Shown here one piece after another: positions 30,160 to 40,099 of a stretch of DNA of 64,000 bases. The position numbers were made by a program, and so were the translations under genes. The notes beneath the pieces were generated by a model. It did not search any database. It saw nothing but the letters and a program-made list of their open reading frames with translations, and was not told the DNA's origin. Source of the DNA: a bacterium (GTDB taxonomy: Bacteria; UBA8248). How positions within the stretch are numbered: position 1 is the stretch's first letter; every line of letters begins with the position of its first letter. Location of the stretch: the NCBI GenBank assembly GCA_965207065.1, contig OZ242260.1, forward strand, positions 128,001 through 192,000. Direction: 5' to 3'.

Positions 30160-31188
30160 ATGCGACACTTTTCACTGATGTCTCTTTTATTACTTTCGCT
30201 TACCGTCGGCTGTGTCGGTGGCGGTGGTTCCCCTCCGCCTCCCATCCCGGCGCCGGCACTCATGCCCACTCCCCAACCGTTTCGAACGCAGACGACCTTC
30301 GTCGACAACGTCCTCAGTGTTGACGTGCGCTACCACGAAGGCCGCACCCGCACACTCGATACCGTCAGGCATCAGCAAGCCTCATGGGGGCTTTACCTCC
30401 CCCGGCCCTTGCAACCCGGCCATACCAGCCGCGAATGGCTGCTCACGGAAAACCACTACGACGGCAGGATTCTGCTCTACACCGTCGTCGATTGGGATGA
30501 CGACAACCCTGCCGACTACCTCGCGGCCGGATGGTGGCTCGTCTATCCGTCCGGCGCACCCCATTTAGCCGTCGAATACGCCACGCGCGGCGTCTTTGTC
30601 GATGGCCCGGAACTCGACCCCGCCCGACCGCCCGACCTCCCCCTGACCGGCACGGCCACCTACATCGGCGGCGCTGGCGGCCTCTACACGTACAACTACG
30701 GCCGCGACTGGGGCAAGGAGTTGGTCGGTTCTTCCGAGATGACTGAATTCGCGGGGGTTATCGCTTTTACCGCCGACTTCGACAGCAAGCGCATCACCGG
30801 TTGCCTCGGGTGTCTCGAGCCGATCGAGACCTCACCCGGCCGCCACCTCTATCCGATCTTGTCCTGGCGGAGTCCCGATCCCGCATCGTTGCCGTCCGAT
30901 TACGACCTGTACTTTTCCGCATCCTTCAATGCCAAGGGCGCATTCGAGGATACCGCGATCAGCGTCACGCATTCCGAACGCAATATCATGACCTCCGCCG
31001 GGACGTGGCGCGGCCAGTTCTCGAACATACCGGACGTCGACGGCCACCCCCGCCGCGTGGTCGGATCGAGCGATGTTCATTTCGCCGAAGATGATGGCTC
31101 GAGTGGACGCTTTACGGGCATCTTCGATGCGCTTACGCCCGCAACGATCACGCCACCCGATGACGGCAATGTGGGCAATTCGAACTGA
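30160..31188 (+). CDS. hypothetical surface lipoprotein, transferrin-binding-protein-like beta-barrel region
   Basis: Lipobox LTVGC, Gly/Pro linker, DYLAAGWW, LPLTGTATY.G, FTADF, GTWRGQF. Confidence 0.6.
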   Translation: MRHFSLMSLLLLSLTVGCVGGGGSPPPPIPAPALMPTPQPFRTQTTFVDNVLSVDVRYHEGRTRTLDTVRHQQASWGLYLPRPLQPGHTSREWLLTENHYDGRILLYTVVDWDDDNPADYLAAGWWLVYPSGAPHLAVEYATRGVFVDGPELDPARPPDLPLTGTATYIGGAGGLYTYNYGRDWGKELVGSSEMTEFAGVIAFTADFDSKRITGCLGCLEPIETSPGRHLYPILSWRSPDPASLPSDYDLYFSASFNAKGAFEDTAISVTHSERNIMTSAGTWRGQFSNIPDVDGHPRRVVGSSDVHFAEDDGSSGRFTGIFDALTPATITPPDDGNVGNSN

Positions 31189-31523
31189 AGCACACCCCCT
31201 GCGATCAAAACACTCCTTGCCACTGACTGAACTTCGCCCGCACGCACCGCCCACGCGACCACCCATATCCTGAACAATCGCCCCGATGACCAAGGGCGCA
31301 ATTGGACGTGCCCGGCCATCATCCAAATCGGCGCAAACGTCGACCCGTATCCGCCTGTACCTACAGGTGTTGCAATGAATCCGCTTTCGGTTTCATTCAG
31401 CCCTGGAGAAACCCCAGGTTACGACGATTGAATTATTATCTTGAAATTATGATGCGCCAGGCAGAAAAACAGACATGGAGAAATTCACCGAAAAACAAAA
31501 TCCTTCCAAGTCATTGAATTTGT

Positions 31524-31570
31524 TGGTGGAGCTGAGGGGGATCGAACCCCTGACCTCATGACTGCCAGTC
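31524..31570 (-). other. 3' fragment of tRNA-Ala(GGC), probable att site of the island
   Basis: Reverse complement GACTGGCAGTCATGAGGTCAGGGGTTCGATCCCCCTCAGCTCCACCA gives anticodon loop, T-arm and CCA; the 5' half does not pair. Confidence 0.85.
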
Positions 31571-31719
31571 TTGAGATGTGGTATACCGAGCTACAACGAT
31601 AAACCCTTGAAAAACAACTTAAAAGACAATAAATTCAATAAGATAGCAGTGAGTTTAAGTCTTCAAATTTAATCTCTCTACCCCTTTATATATCCTGAAA
31701 TATCTATGTAACAGCCATA

Positions 31720-31743
31720 AAAACGTCCACTAAAACGTCCACT
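31720..31743. repeat. 12-bp tandem direct repeat, possible integrase arm-type sites
   Basis: AAAACGTCCACT twice, 150 bp inside the tRNA fragment. Confidence 0.55.
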
Positions 31744-31904
31744 CGATTTTCTGATCATCCATATACAAAATTTCAATTTCAGGGGAAGTTTCTACCCTAT
31801 TTTCGACACGATCTAAGGTTTTTTGCACGTAGGAAAAGTAGTAATTCACGCTTAATATCATGTCTGGGCAAAGCGCTCTTCAATGAGACGTTCTCAGCCG
31901 GATA

Positions 31905-32011
31905 GTGGCGCATCTCTTATGTGCTGAATGACCGGGCTTCTGACAACCCTATTTCAGCAGGATGCGCCGCCTTCTTCAATTCACCCCATACACAAGATCT
32001 GAGCGTAACTC
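31905..32011 (-). mobile_element. isolated left end of IS256-family element
   Basis: Near-identical reverse complement of 50934-51041; stops at the transposase start. Confidence 0.85.
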
Positions 32012-32030
32012 CAACCCAGTGAACGCATCA

Positions 32031-33212
32031 TTATCGATTAGTACAGTAGGGACTGCGAAGTCCCTGCCTCGCTTCCGCAAGCGGCCGGTCGAACTGTTTT
32101 ACCACGGAAGCGAGGCAGCCACTATTTGCTAAGTCCCGTTGTGCTGTCTGGAACATCTGGACATAAACTCTGAGTTTGGTGCACTGGTCACTACTTTTTC
32201 GGGTTAAGGTTGCCAGCGTTCGTGCAATCCTCTGTCTGACTCTTCGCTGGGCCAGCTCACAAGATTGGCTGATCCTTCGAGTCCTTCCGCTTCTATCGAT
32301 TACCCCACCCTGGTTCATTCCACCGCCCGGGGAACCCGGATTCATATTCTCCTCTTTGCGCATTTCTCGTTCTTCATCCCGGATCATTTGTTCCAATTCA
32401 TCCCATTTTGTTTTATCCGGCAAGTCTACTCTATCCTGCTCATCCGGCAAGTCTACTCTATCCTGCTCATCTGGCAGTTCTGCTCTATCCTGCTCATCTG
32501 GCAGTTCTGCTCTATCCTGCTCATCTGGCAGTTCTACTCTATCTTGCTCATCTGGCAGTTCTACTCTATCTTGCTCATCTGGCAGTTCTGCTCTATCCTG
32601 CTCATCTGGCAGTTCTACTCTATCTTGCTCATCTTCCTGGTTTTCCTTTATTGCTTCATCTATTTCATAGAATTCGCATGTTACTTTACCGACTGAAATG
32701 GAGGGATTCTCCCCGAGTGGATTCCACCTCTCAACACCTTCCTTGATAGCTGCGTGCTGCGAATCAATCTCTTTCATGCCAGATTCTTTATTTTGTTTAT
32801 ACTTCTGGTAGAGCAGATCTCCATGTAGTTGATTAAATGGGTATGTTTTATAAAAAGTTGTCCCGGAGCCGGCAAAAAGGCTTTCTGCAAAGCCTTCCAG
32901 CTTGGTGATCCCGAATTTTTCCAAACCATTCAATTCTAAAGTAAGTTTTACGCAATTTTTTGAACCTAAAAAGCCGTAATTTGAATGAAATGCATATTTG
33001 TATTCACCCCTATTCGTTCGCCCTACATATCTCACATCAAATGACACATTAAATCCACATGGCTTACGCTTCCACTTCACTCTGGTGTCGTAACACATAA
33101 AATCATCCCAATCTGGTCGGCTCAAATCAGCATCGGCATTAGACGACGGCATCATTGAGCAGGTCATCACAAAAAAAACAACAATCAGTTTCAACTTGGT
33201 TTTGGCATTCAT
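32031..33212 (-). CDS. secreted hypothetical protein with 9-aa tandem repeats
   Basis: Signal peptide, SD GGGGAG, (DEQDR[VA][ED]LP)x8, Cys-containing C-terminal helical region. Confidence 0.75.
   Translation of the reverse strand: MNAKTKLKLIVVFFVMTCSMMPSSNADADLSRPDWDDFMCYDTRVKWKRKPCGFNVSFDVRYVGRTNRGEYKYAFHSNYGFLGSKNCVKLTLELNGLEKFGITKLEGFAESLFAGSGTTFYKTYPFNQLHGDLLYQKYKQNKESGMKEIDSQHAAIKEGVERWNPLGENPSISVGKVTCEFYEIDEAIKENQEDEQDRVELPDEQDRAELPDEQDRVELPDEQDRVELPDEQDRAELPDEQDRAELPDEQDRVDLPDEQDRVDLPDKTKWDELEQMIRDEEREMRKEENMNPGSPGGGMNQGGVIDRSGRTRRISQSCELAQRRVRQRIARTLATLTRKSSDQCTKLRVYVQMFQTAQRDLANSGCLASVVKQFDRPLAEARQGLRSPYCTNR
32415..32630. repeat. 27-bp x8 coding tandem repeat
   Basis: Unit ATCYGGCARKTCTRCTCTATCYTGCTC repeated 8 times without spacers. 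Confidence 0.95.
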
Positions 33213-33278
33213 GGTCTTACTCCCCGAGTTGTGTGTGACAGTTTAATTTTCGCCATAAAGGCCAAGGTACTTTGTTGT

Positions 33279-33514
33279 GAAATTCGTGTTCTCCAGTCTC
33301 GTCACCTTAAAGCCATGACGCCCCAATGCCGCTCCGATATCATTCGCATCGTTCAGCGGGTTCACCAGCTTTGTCGCAGACCGCTAAGATGTGTTGCCGA
33401 TCACCAGCGCAATCCTCTATTCTGTCAGTTCTGCTCGGTGAAAATCTAAACCAGCAATCCCTCCAGTAACCCAGACAACAAAATGTAGAGCGGCATTGCC
33501 AAGCTCTCCCGCAT
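33279..33514 (-). pseudogene. decayed caspase-family (C14) gene 5' fragment
   Basis: Manual translation: *RIALVIGNTS*RSATKLVNPLNDANDIGAALGRHGFKVTRLEN; TAG at 33417 and 33384; frameshifted signal-peptide-like start near 33514. Confidence 0.8.
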
Positions 33515-33596
33515 GATTTGCAGTCCAATCTCGCAAGGATAGTGAAATTCTCATGACCCAAGACATCGCCGAAAGAAATTCGAGTTTTCGGCGACT

Positions 33597-34538
33597 CTAA
33601 TTCTCCAAAATACTTAGAACCTCTCTTTTGAGGGAAATTGAATCCATTTTCATATGGACAGCTCTCTTGCGAATCATCGCCAAGAGCTTTGGCCAGTCGC
33701 GCACCCAGCAACATTGATGATCGAATTCGGGGACAGAGAAAAAATGGACATTTGCCCGGGAAACTCGTTGGCGATACCGCTTCATGACCGCGGGAGGCAC
33801 AACCAAGTCCCGTCCGCCATGAAAGTGAAATTCACGCGACAACCCGAGAGCGGGCACATGCTCGGATGGATTGAGAGAATCTTTGAGAGGCGATACCTGG
33901 TGATGATTTGCCCAGGCGGAGATATCCAGAGGCGCGGCGACCGTAACCAATTCATCCACATCCATTCGGCGCGAAGCGACGAGCGTTGCAATAACGCCTC
34001 CGCCGGAATATCCGACGAGCGTGAGTCGATCTTCGGAAGACAACTTAGAATCCGTGATTGCGCGGTCCATCGCCTCAATGACTTCCGGCGAGTATCGCCC
34101 AGTAGTCCAGAGAGAAGAGTCACAACTGGTGATGAGCTTGCTGCCGACATATTGGCAGGGTCTCGCAAGATAAAGAACACCAGGGTCGGGAACGCGCAAA
34201 GCCAAGCGGAGAGCGACTGGATCATCGGGGGTAGGATCACTTGAAACCTGAGAGCGACTAAGCCACGCATTTCCGTCCCCCTCGATATAGACAACTATGC
34301 TCCCTGGGCTACGGCCCGGTTTATGGAAACCGATTATCGGAATTCCTTCGTGCGCAAACTGCTTATATTTCCAATCTGAACATGCCGGAAGCGGACATAT
34401 CCCCGATGCGCCCTCATATTCTGATGTTGCGCAACCCATCATCACACATGCTAAGACGATGAAGAACACTCGAAAGCAACGACACATACCCACATGACAG
34501 GCAACCGGATGTGAAAGCAGTGCTACCTTTCGATTCAT
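33597..34538 (-). CDS. alpha/beta hydrolase lipoprotein
   Basis: Lipobox MMGC, VYIEGDG, DPTP, YLARPCQY, nucleophile GYSGG, GGRDLVV, FDHQCCW. Confidence 0.85.
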   Translation of the reverse strand: MNRKVALLSHPVACHVGMCRCFRVFFIVLACVMMGCATSEYEGASGICPLPACSDWKYKQFAHEGIPIIGFHKPGRSPGSIVVYIEGDGNAWLSRSQVSSDPTPDDPVALRLALRVPDPGVLYLARPCQYVGSKLITSCDSSLWTTGRYSPEVIEAMDRAITDSKLSSEDRLTLVGYSGGGVIATLVASRRMDVDELVTVAAPLDISAWANHHQVSPLKDSLNPSEHVPALGLSREFHFHGGRDLVVPPAVMKRYRQRVSRANVHFFSVPEFDHQCCWVRDWPKLLAMIRKRAVHMKMDSISLKREVLSILEN

Positions 34539-37018
34539 AACCCGGCGAGCGCGAAGTCCTCGCCGCGTGAATAGCCGACGGGTTTCTGGCTGATAGTTTC
34601 CCTGACAAGCCGACGGGAAAGAAGCGGCATTTCCCTCGTTGCATACCTGATAATCTCACCTACGGAAATTTTTTCATTTCGATCTTCATCCGCCGCGCCC
34701 TGGATACCTTCGAGTATCAGATAGGTCAGGGCGCCATGTGGCACGGAGAGCAGTTCGATTGCATCCTCATCCGCCCGCGAAGCCGCCAGTATATGAATGC
34801 CGCCCACACGCGCGATTCTGCGCAAAGTTTTTTGTCCGACGGCATCATCGAGCGCCCTTCCCGCTGAGGAGGATACGGCGTCAACGACTGCGCCGGACCG
34901 GCATGAATCAAGAATGAGAAACACGCGCTGCGCCTGAGTTTTCGTCAAGGAATGCATCAAGCGCCGACTGGAGATACCGTGCCGGCGTATCAACTCGGTT
35001 TTCCTCTCCGCTTTCGTGTTCCAGGCAAGCGTGTACGGGAGAAGATACCATTCCCAATTACCCTTGCTGCCCTCCTCTCTCAATGCGTAGCCGTGACCAG
35101 CAAAAAAGACCACCAGAACATCCTGGGGCGATTGGGATTTTCTCGAAAGGTGCTCTTCAATCGTGATTGCCTTCGCATGAGAATCCAACAGGGAAACCAC
35201 GCTCACGTCACTGTATAAGTCTCCACTCCGGTTACGCAGCACCGAGACGACAGCATTCGCGTCGTTACGAGTGTATTCCAGCTTCCAGTCAGGCCGAGCA
35301 TAGTCGCCGATACCAATGGCCACCACTTGCATCCTGGGCCGGCGTGGCTCAGGGGCCGCAAGCGTCACCCTCGTAAACGCCGGTTGGCCTTCGACCCCTG
35401 CAGGGCCAACCCCAATCACTTTGAAGGTGTTTTCCCCTGGAGTAAGCGAAACCGCATATTCAATGATATCGCCTATAGGATCGGAGACCATCTTCTCGGC
35501 AGGAACGAGCTTTCCATTGTGATACAGCCTGATTTCGAGCACATCCCGTCGGGGATAGTTCGAGGGTAGTCTGATTTTGATCCTTGAACGCCCATCAGCA
35601 TCGACCTGAAGACTATCAATCGGATCGATCGAAACGCTCGGAGGCGAAACATAGCCTTCTTCGGATAGATCGCGAATGTCTTCATTCAGGAAAGGTTGCG
35701 GTCCGCTACCAAGTTTCCCCAACAGTCCAGGCTCGAAATAGCTCTCGGAGAAAGCGTCGACCGGAAGTGTTTGCGCTACTGTCTCGCCAGCCCATGCCAG
35801 CGCATCGATACCGTTCTGAGGTCCATCGAATCGGCCTTTGCGGTCAAGAACTGTCCATCCGACATCTGTGGAAATCAAACGCGCGATGCGCGCCTGCTCA
35901 TCGAACGAATAGATCCCAACCGTTCCCTTCGATTCTCCGACGAAAATCCATCTTCGAGCGCCGTCCACTAAAAGCGCGCTTGCGGACTCTGTAGCCAGTT
36001 TCAGCGAAGTGACCTGGCTGATTCCAGCCGATATGGCCCAGATACTAACCTTGGCATCCTCTCCACTCGCTGAGACATGCATACCACCCCGGTCAACCAC
36101 GAGGAGTCGAATGGCGCCGGGATGGGCAGTTTCTCGCACAGAAATCAGCTCCGGGACTTCTTGGTCCGGGATGCGCCAAACACAGATGTTGCCTTTTTCA
36201 TCCCCGAATATCACTCGCTCGTCATCAGGCGCAAAAACTCCCGCAGTTACTGCAATAGAGTCCTCACAACCATCGATTCTCGTCGTTTTTTGCGACCCTC
36301 CGCTCTGTGCGACTCTCACAACCATCGTTCCCTGAACCGTGTTGAATACGATCTTCGAACCGTCTGAGGAGATAATTGGTCGACTATCAGGGTCGGCATC
36401 GGAAAACTGTTCGACTTCATCAGAACCATTGCGTTTCACAAACCAGAAGCCGTCAACCTCACTACGATATGCCACGACATTTCCATTCCCTGACAAGACT
36501 GGTTTGAATTCAGAATCGATTCCTTCAATATCCTCACCAATCTGCTGAACCGAGCCGTCTGGACGAATGGAGAATAACGAACCGTCCCTGCGGACGACTA
36601 TGGCTTCCAGGGAGTCCCCCTCTCCGCGAATGGCGCCTGAGGCAATCTCGTTTCCCAGGACTCCTCCCAATTGCACTCCGCGCCGGAGGTCCCACAACCT
36701 TGCGCTTTCATCTCCAAGTACGGTGAACAGATATGCCCGTGCCTTATCCGCATGTAGCTCAGTTACCGGGCCGGCTACGTCGCGGGTAATGTTGAGAATG
36801 GGGCGAATAACGGTGCGAACTGATCTGATGACCGGCTTGGTGAGATTTCGAATGGAACGACGCAATCTACCCAATCCCTGGGCGTCCGCAACCGACGGAA
36901 TGCATGCCATTACAATCCAAAGAAAAAATAACCCACACAGTGTGAGGCAAAAGAAACAACGTCCATCAACCGTTCTTTGGCGTTTCATATCATTGGGCGT
37001 CAGAAGGTTGGTTGCCAT
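34535..37018 (-). CDS. exported WD40-repeat + Ig-like + caspase-family (peptidase C14) protein
   Basis: Signal peptide ending ADA, WD40-like repeats (ARLWDL, GNICVW, KVSIW), GRFDG linker, VVAIGIGDY, NDA, catalytic FAGHG and LDSCRSG. Confidence 0.88.
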   Translation of the reverse strand: MATNLLTPNDMKRQRTVDGRCFFCLTLCGLFFLWIVMACIPSVADAQGLGRLRRSIRNLTKPVIRSVRTVIRPILNITRDVAGPVTELHADKARAYLFTVLGDESARLWDLRRGVQLGGVLGNEIASGAIRGEGDSLEAIVVRRDGSLFSIRPDGSVQQIGEDIEGIDSEFKPVLSGNGNVVAYRSEVDGFWFVKRNGSDEVEQFSDADPDSRPIISSDGSKIVFNTVQGTMVVRVAQSGGSQKTTRIDGCEDSIAVTAGVFAPDDERVIFGDEKGNICVWRIPDQEVPELISVRETAHPGAIRLLVVDRGGMHVSASGEDAKVSIWAISAGISQVTSLKLATESASALLVDGARRWIFVGESKGTVGIYSFDEQARIARLISTDVGWTVLDRKGRFDGPQNGIDALAWAGETVAQTLPVDAFSESYFEPGLLGKLGSGPQPFLNEDIRDLSEEGYVSPPSVSIDPIDSLQVDADGRSRIKIRLPSNYPRRDVLEIRLYHNGKLVPAEKMVSDPIGDIIEYAVSLTPGENTFKVIGVGPAGVEGQPAFTRVTLAAPEPRRPRMQVVAIGIGDYARPDWKLEYTRNDANAVVSVLRNRSGDLYSDVSVVSLLDSHAKAITIEEHLSRKSQSPQDVLVVFFAGHGYALREEGSKGNWEWYLLPYTLAWNTKAERKTELIRRHGISSRRLMHSLTKTQAQRVFLILDSCRSGAVVDAVSSSAGRALDDAVGQKTLRRIARVGGIHILAASRADEDAIELLSVPHGALTYLILEGIQGAADEDRNEKISVGEIIRYATREMPLLSRRLVRETISQKPVGYSRGEDFALAGL

Positions 37019-37292
37019 ACGAAGCAGGAGAAACGCCTTTTTTCCGAGAATCCTGCTCAGACGTTTCTTTGACAGTCTCAGCTTTGTCGCTGTTGGTTTT
37101 CAAAGTGGGTCGTGTGACGGTACGAACGGATCTGATGACCGGTTGCGTGAGATTCCGAATTGAATCTCTCAATTCACCGGACCCCTCGGCATACGCAACC
37201 ATCGGGATACTCAGCATTACAACCCAGAAAAAGCAATATCCAACGATTACGGAGGAGGAGTGACATTCAACAGCTGTTGTTGTTAATTTCAT
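36990..37292 (-). CDS. small exported protein paralogous to the N-terminus of the WD40-caspase
   Basis: FFWVVMLSIPMVAYAEGSGELRDSIRNLTQPVIRSVRTVTRP versus FLWIVMACIPSVADAQGLGRLRRSIRNLTKPVIRSVRTVIRP. Confidence 0.65.
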   Translation of the reverse strand: MKLTTTAVECHSSSVIVGYCFFWVVMLSIPMVAYAEGSGELRDSIRNLTQPVIRSVRTVTRPTLKTNSDKAETVKETSEQDSRKKGVSPASYGNQPSDAQ

Positions 37293-37320
37293 GTCATCTC
37301 GCATCATTTGATGACATATT

Positions 37321-39330
37321 TCAGCGCGAATCGGGCGAAACGATATTGTATTGCAGCGTCGCGATACTCCAACCTGAGCCACGAGCAGTATTGGGTACTG
37401 AAGAGCCGGATCGTAGGGCTTCTCCTATCTCGACGAGATAGGCCGCCGGAGACGGCACCACACTCAGGTCTTTATGCAGCGAAGCCAACTCCAAAACCCG
37501 ATCGTTCTTATCAGTCACAATAGCAACGAGCAGACCAGCACCAATTGGTGGGGTTGCCCGAAAACGAAAGCCGGCTTTCTCTCCTGGCAGGCGCACGGTT
37601 TCGCCCGGACGCATTGAGGATGAAACACCGCTGCGCAAACTTTGCTCATTGGGAAATATCTGAACCAACTCTCCCGCCACATTGATATCCAGCAATACGA
37701 GATGCCCCTTGCGGTCGCTTTCGACGATGATATCCAGATTGGTCCCTGGTGCGAGATTTACTCCCGGGTCGATTCGTAGTCGGACGCCTTTCTTCACGTT
37801 TGATGTCGGGCGAGCCGACGGACGAACAAGAATGTCTTTCGCGAGAGTAGCGTTTCGGGACAAACCCGCGTTTGCATTAGTAAACGCGGGGACCTCGAGC
37901 CGACCCGACGCCACCTGAACTTGTGGCGTCAAACCGAGGCGGCAATCATCGGAATGCCTTTTGCAGTACGCCTCGGATTCTTTGAGCACATACCGGTGGA
38001 GCTCGTCCATCGTCACGATGCCGTCGCGGTTTTGATCCGCCTTTCCATCACGCGCTCCCCAGAGCAGGCGTCTCGTATACACGCTTCCGCCACCCGAACG
38101 GCTCGAGGCTTCTCTGTCCACCAGCGCTTTCTGATCCGATCGGACGGCCGTCCAGATGGCGAAATCGGGATCGCTCGACTTCAATAGGGGTTCCTGCCGC
38201 GATTCTCCCTTGCCACCAACGCCGCGCGTTCGCGCGATTCGAATCGGCGAACCATCCGGCAGGCGAGGCGTCTTTATGTATTTCCAGCTCTCCAGGTCTC
38301 CCGCGCTTCTGGTGCTCGTGCCCGAATGGCAGGCATCGACCACGACATGAACCCGACGGCCAACTAAACGACCTAACAGAACACCGAGTTCGTCATCCGT
38401 AATCATGCCTTTTATCTTGCCGCTCTCATCCACGGATGCATCGACAGGGACTAATGTTTCATCCAGGTTGTCTGCTTCGTCTCCGTCCGTGTCGGGTTGT
38501 TGAAAACCATGGCCACTGTAGAAGAGGAATACCTCATCACCGGGATTTGTCCCATCGACCAGCCACTCCTTGACCGAGGACATAATGTTTTTCTTGGTCG
38601 CCTCTCTATCCAGCAAGAGCCGGACGTCCGATTTCTTGAATCCCACATGCCCTTTGATGAAGTCCTCTATATCCTTGGCGTCGTTCACCGGCCCGTTCAA
38701 GCGAGACACGTGCTGATATTTGTCGATTCCGATGAGAAGCGCCCGCCTGCGATTGCGCTCGACATTTTCGGCGGGCGCACTGCCTCCTAACTTCGTTATT
38801 TCGACGCGCCTGTTCCGCGCATGCGTCGTCGGAATCCCGTCGATTGGAAAACTCTCTCCCAATCCGACCTCAACCAGACGGTTTCCGACCACGCCCATTT
38901 CGTTCTTGAGGTAGCGCGTCACTGCGCGGGCGCGCCTTGAGGACAAACCTCGATTGTACTTGCTGCTTCCGGTGCTGTCGGTGTGGCCCAGTACTGCAAA
39001 CATTAACGGGCTGAGCGCATCTGTTTTGAGGGCTTTACCCAGTTCTTTCACCTGCGCCAGGGCGGTGCGCGTGAACCGAGCCGAATCGATTTCGAATTGA
39101 ATGGCCGGAAGAACAACTCTCGCCGGTCTCGCATCGGTGGGTTCCGAAACGATTCCCCTTGTCCGAGGCTTGGGCTTCATCTGGCGGACGATGTCGTCCG
39201 ACTTGACGATCTCTCCCCCGCTTGCCGGCGGTATCGACATAACCAAGAAACTCAGACAAGCGGTGGCCACGATACCAAGGCGGGTCGGTGATATGGGAAA
39301 CAACGAATGGAAACGCGCTGAGAGCCTCAT
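37321..39330 (-). CDS. exported OmpA-like + caspase (C14) + DUF4384 protein
   Basis: Signal peptide; OmpA (IQFEIDS, GHTDSTG, NRGLSSRRA, NRRVEI); ALLIGIDKY, FYSGHG, DETLVP, VDACHSG; C-terminal GHLVLLDI..G.LVQIFPN. Confidence 0.9.
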   Translation of the reverse strand: MRLSARFHSLFPISPTRLGIVATACLSFLVMSIPPASGGEIVKSDDIVRQMKPKPRTRGIVSEPTDARPARVVLPAIQFEIDSARFTRTALAQVKELGKALKTDALSPLMFAVLGHTDSTGSSKYNRGLSSRRARAVTRYLKNEMGVVGNRLVEVGLGESFPIDGIPTTHARNRRVEITKLGGSAPAENVERNRRRALLIGIDKYQHVSRLNGPVNDAKDIEDFIKGHVGFKKSDVRLLLDREATKKNIMSSVKEWLVDGTNPGDEVFLFYSGHGFQQPDTDGDEADNLDETLVPVDASVDESGKIKGMITDDELGVLLGRLVGRRVHVVVDACHSGTSTRSAGDLESWKYIKTPRLPDGSPIRIARTRGVGGKGESRQEPLLKSSDPDFAIWTAVRSDQKALVDREASSRSGGGSVYTRRLLWGARDGKADQNRDGIVTMDELHRYVLKESEAYCKRHSDDCRLGLTPQVQVASGRLEVPAFTNANAGLSRNATLAKDILVRPSARPTSNVKKGVRLRIDPGVNLAPGTNLDIIVESDRKGHLVLLDINVAGELVQIFPNEQSLRSGVSSSMRPGETVRLPGEKAGFRFRATPPIGAGLLVAIVTDKNDRVLELASLHKDLSVVPSPAAYLVEIGEALRSGSSVPNTARGSGWSIATLQYNIVSPDSR

Positions 39331-39360
39331 GATGTGTCCCTCCAGGCGTTGATTTAAAGT

Positions 39361-39993
39361 CTAGTCGATAAGAATCACCTGCTGAGCCCTGGCCCATACA
39401 CGATGCTTTTTGCGCAAGGTGATCGATAAATCCTTCGCCACCGATTGCGCCGAACCGTTCAATGCCAGAAACGGACCCGCGCTGTTTTTCTTATTGACCA
39501 TAGCCGGGGTCAAAGGGGCATTCGTCTTCGACGCAATGACAGTGAGCAATTCCGCGCCCTTGGGACGCGAAGCCGTAAGCATATACTTGGAACCCTTCCC
39601 GGGAATACGAAGCCCCGCACTGGCTTTCACGAAATTATTTTTCGCGTAACGGTTGGGAAAAATCTGATGCACCTTGCCGCTGGTTCCCGTGTCGAAAACC
39701 CAGATATAAGCGTCCTCGGAGGGCTTGACCGTGAGCACCACGTTGTCACCATGCTTGTACTTGCGGTTAGCACGGTCCACGCTGGCATTGACGGATAAAC
39801 CCGAAGCAGCGCTCGCTCCGCTAGGCTTCGCCGGCTGGATTTTCGCCATAGGCATCTGACGAATATCCAAATCCTTCAAGTACGACTCCGCCAAGGCATC
39901 GCCCAAGCCCACGCCCCCAGCATGGAACGCTACGGCAACCACCATAGCTACAACACTGACTCCAATGAAACGAAATCGAGAAGTTATTTTCAT
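39361..39993 (-). CDS. exported DUF4384 domain protein
   Basis: Signal peptide, YKHGDNV, AYIWVF..G.VHQIFPNRY, PKGAELL.VIAS. Confidence 0.85.
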   Translation of the reverse strand: MKITSRFRFIGVSVVAMVVAVAFHAGGVGLGDALAESYLKDLDIRQMPMAKIQPAKPSGASAASGLSVNASVDRANRKYKHGDNVVLTVKPSEDAYIWVFDTGTSGKVHQIFPNRYAKNNFVKASAGLRIPGKGSKYMLTASRPKGAELLTVIASKTNAPLTPAMVNKKNSAGPFLALNGSAQSVAKDLSITLRKKHRVWARAQQVILID

Positions 39994-40099
39994 TGTCCCA
40001 ATCTCCTTCTTCGTTTGGGTTGAAAGGTATCGTCCCCCGAATCATTAGCCCCTAGACAATTCGTTCATTAGCAAATTCGCCCGTCCGAGGTACATTCGC

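Noticed and set aside
31524-31600. Intact tRNA-Ala gene
   Set aside because: A TGTAGCTC is near the expected position, but the D-stem, outer anticodon stem and acceptor 5' strand do not pair
32415-32630. Possible CRISPR array
   Set aside because: Contiguous 27-bp units with no spacers, in frame within a CDS; no cas genes seen
33384-33419. TAG recoding (pyrrolysine or alternative code) in the caspase relic and IS256
   Set aside because: Both are also truncated or frameshifted, and intact genes in the window end normally at TAG
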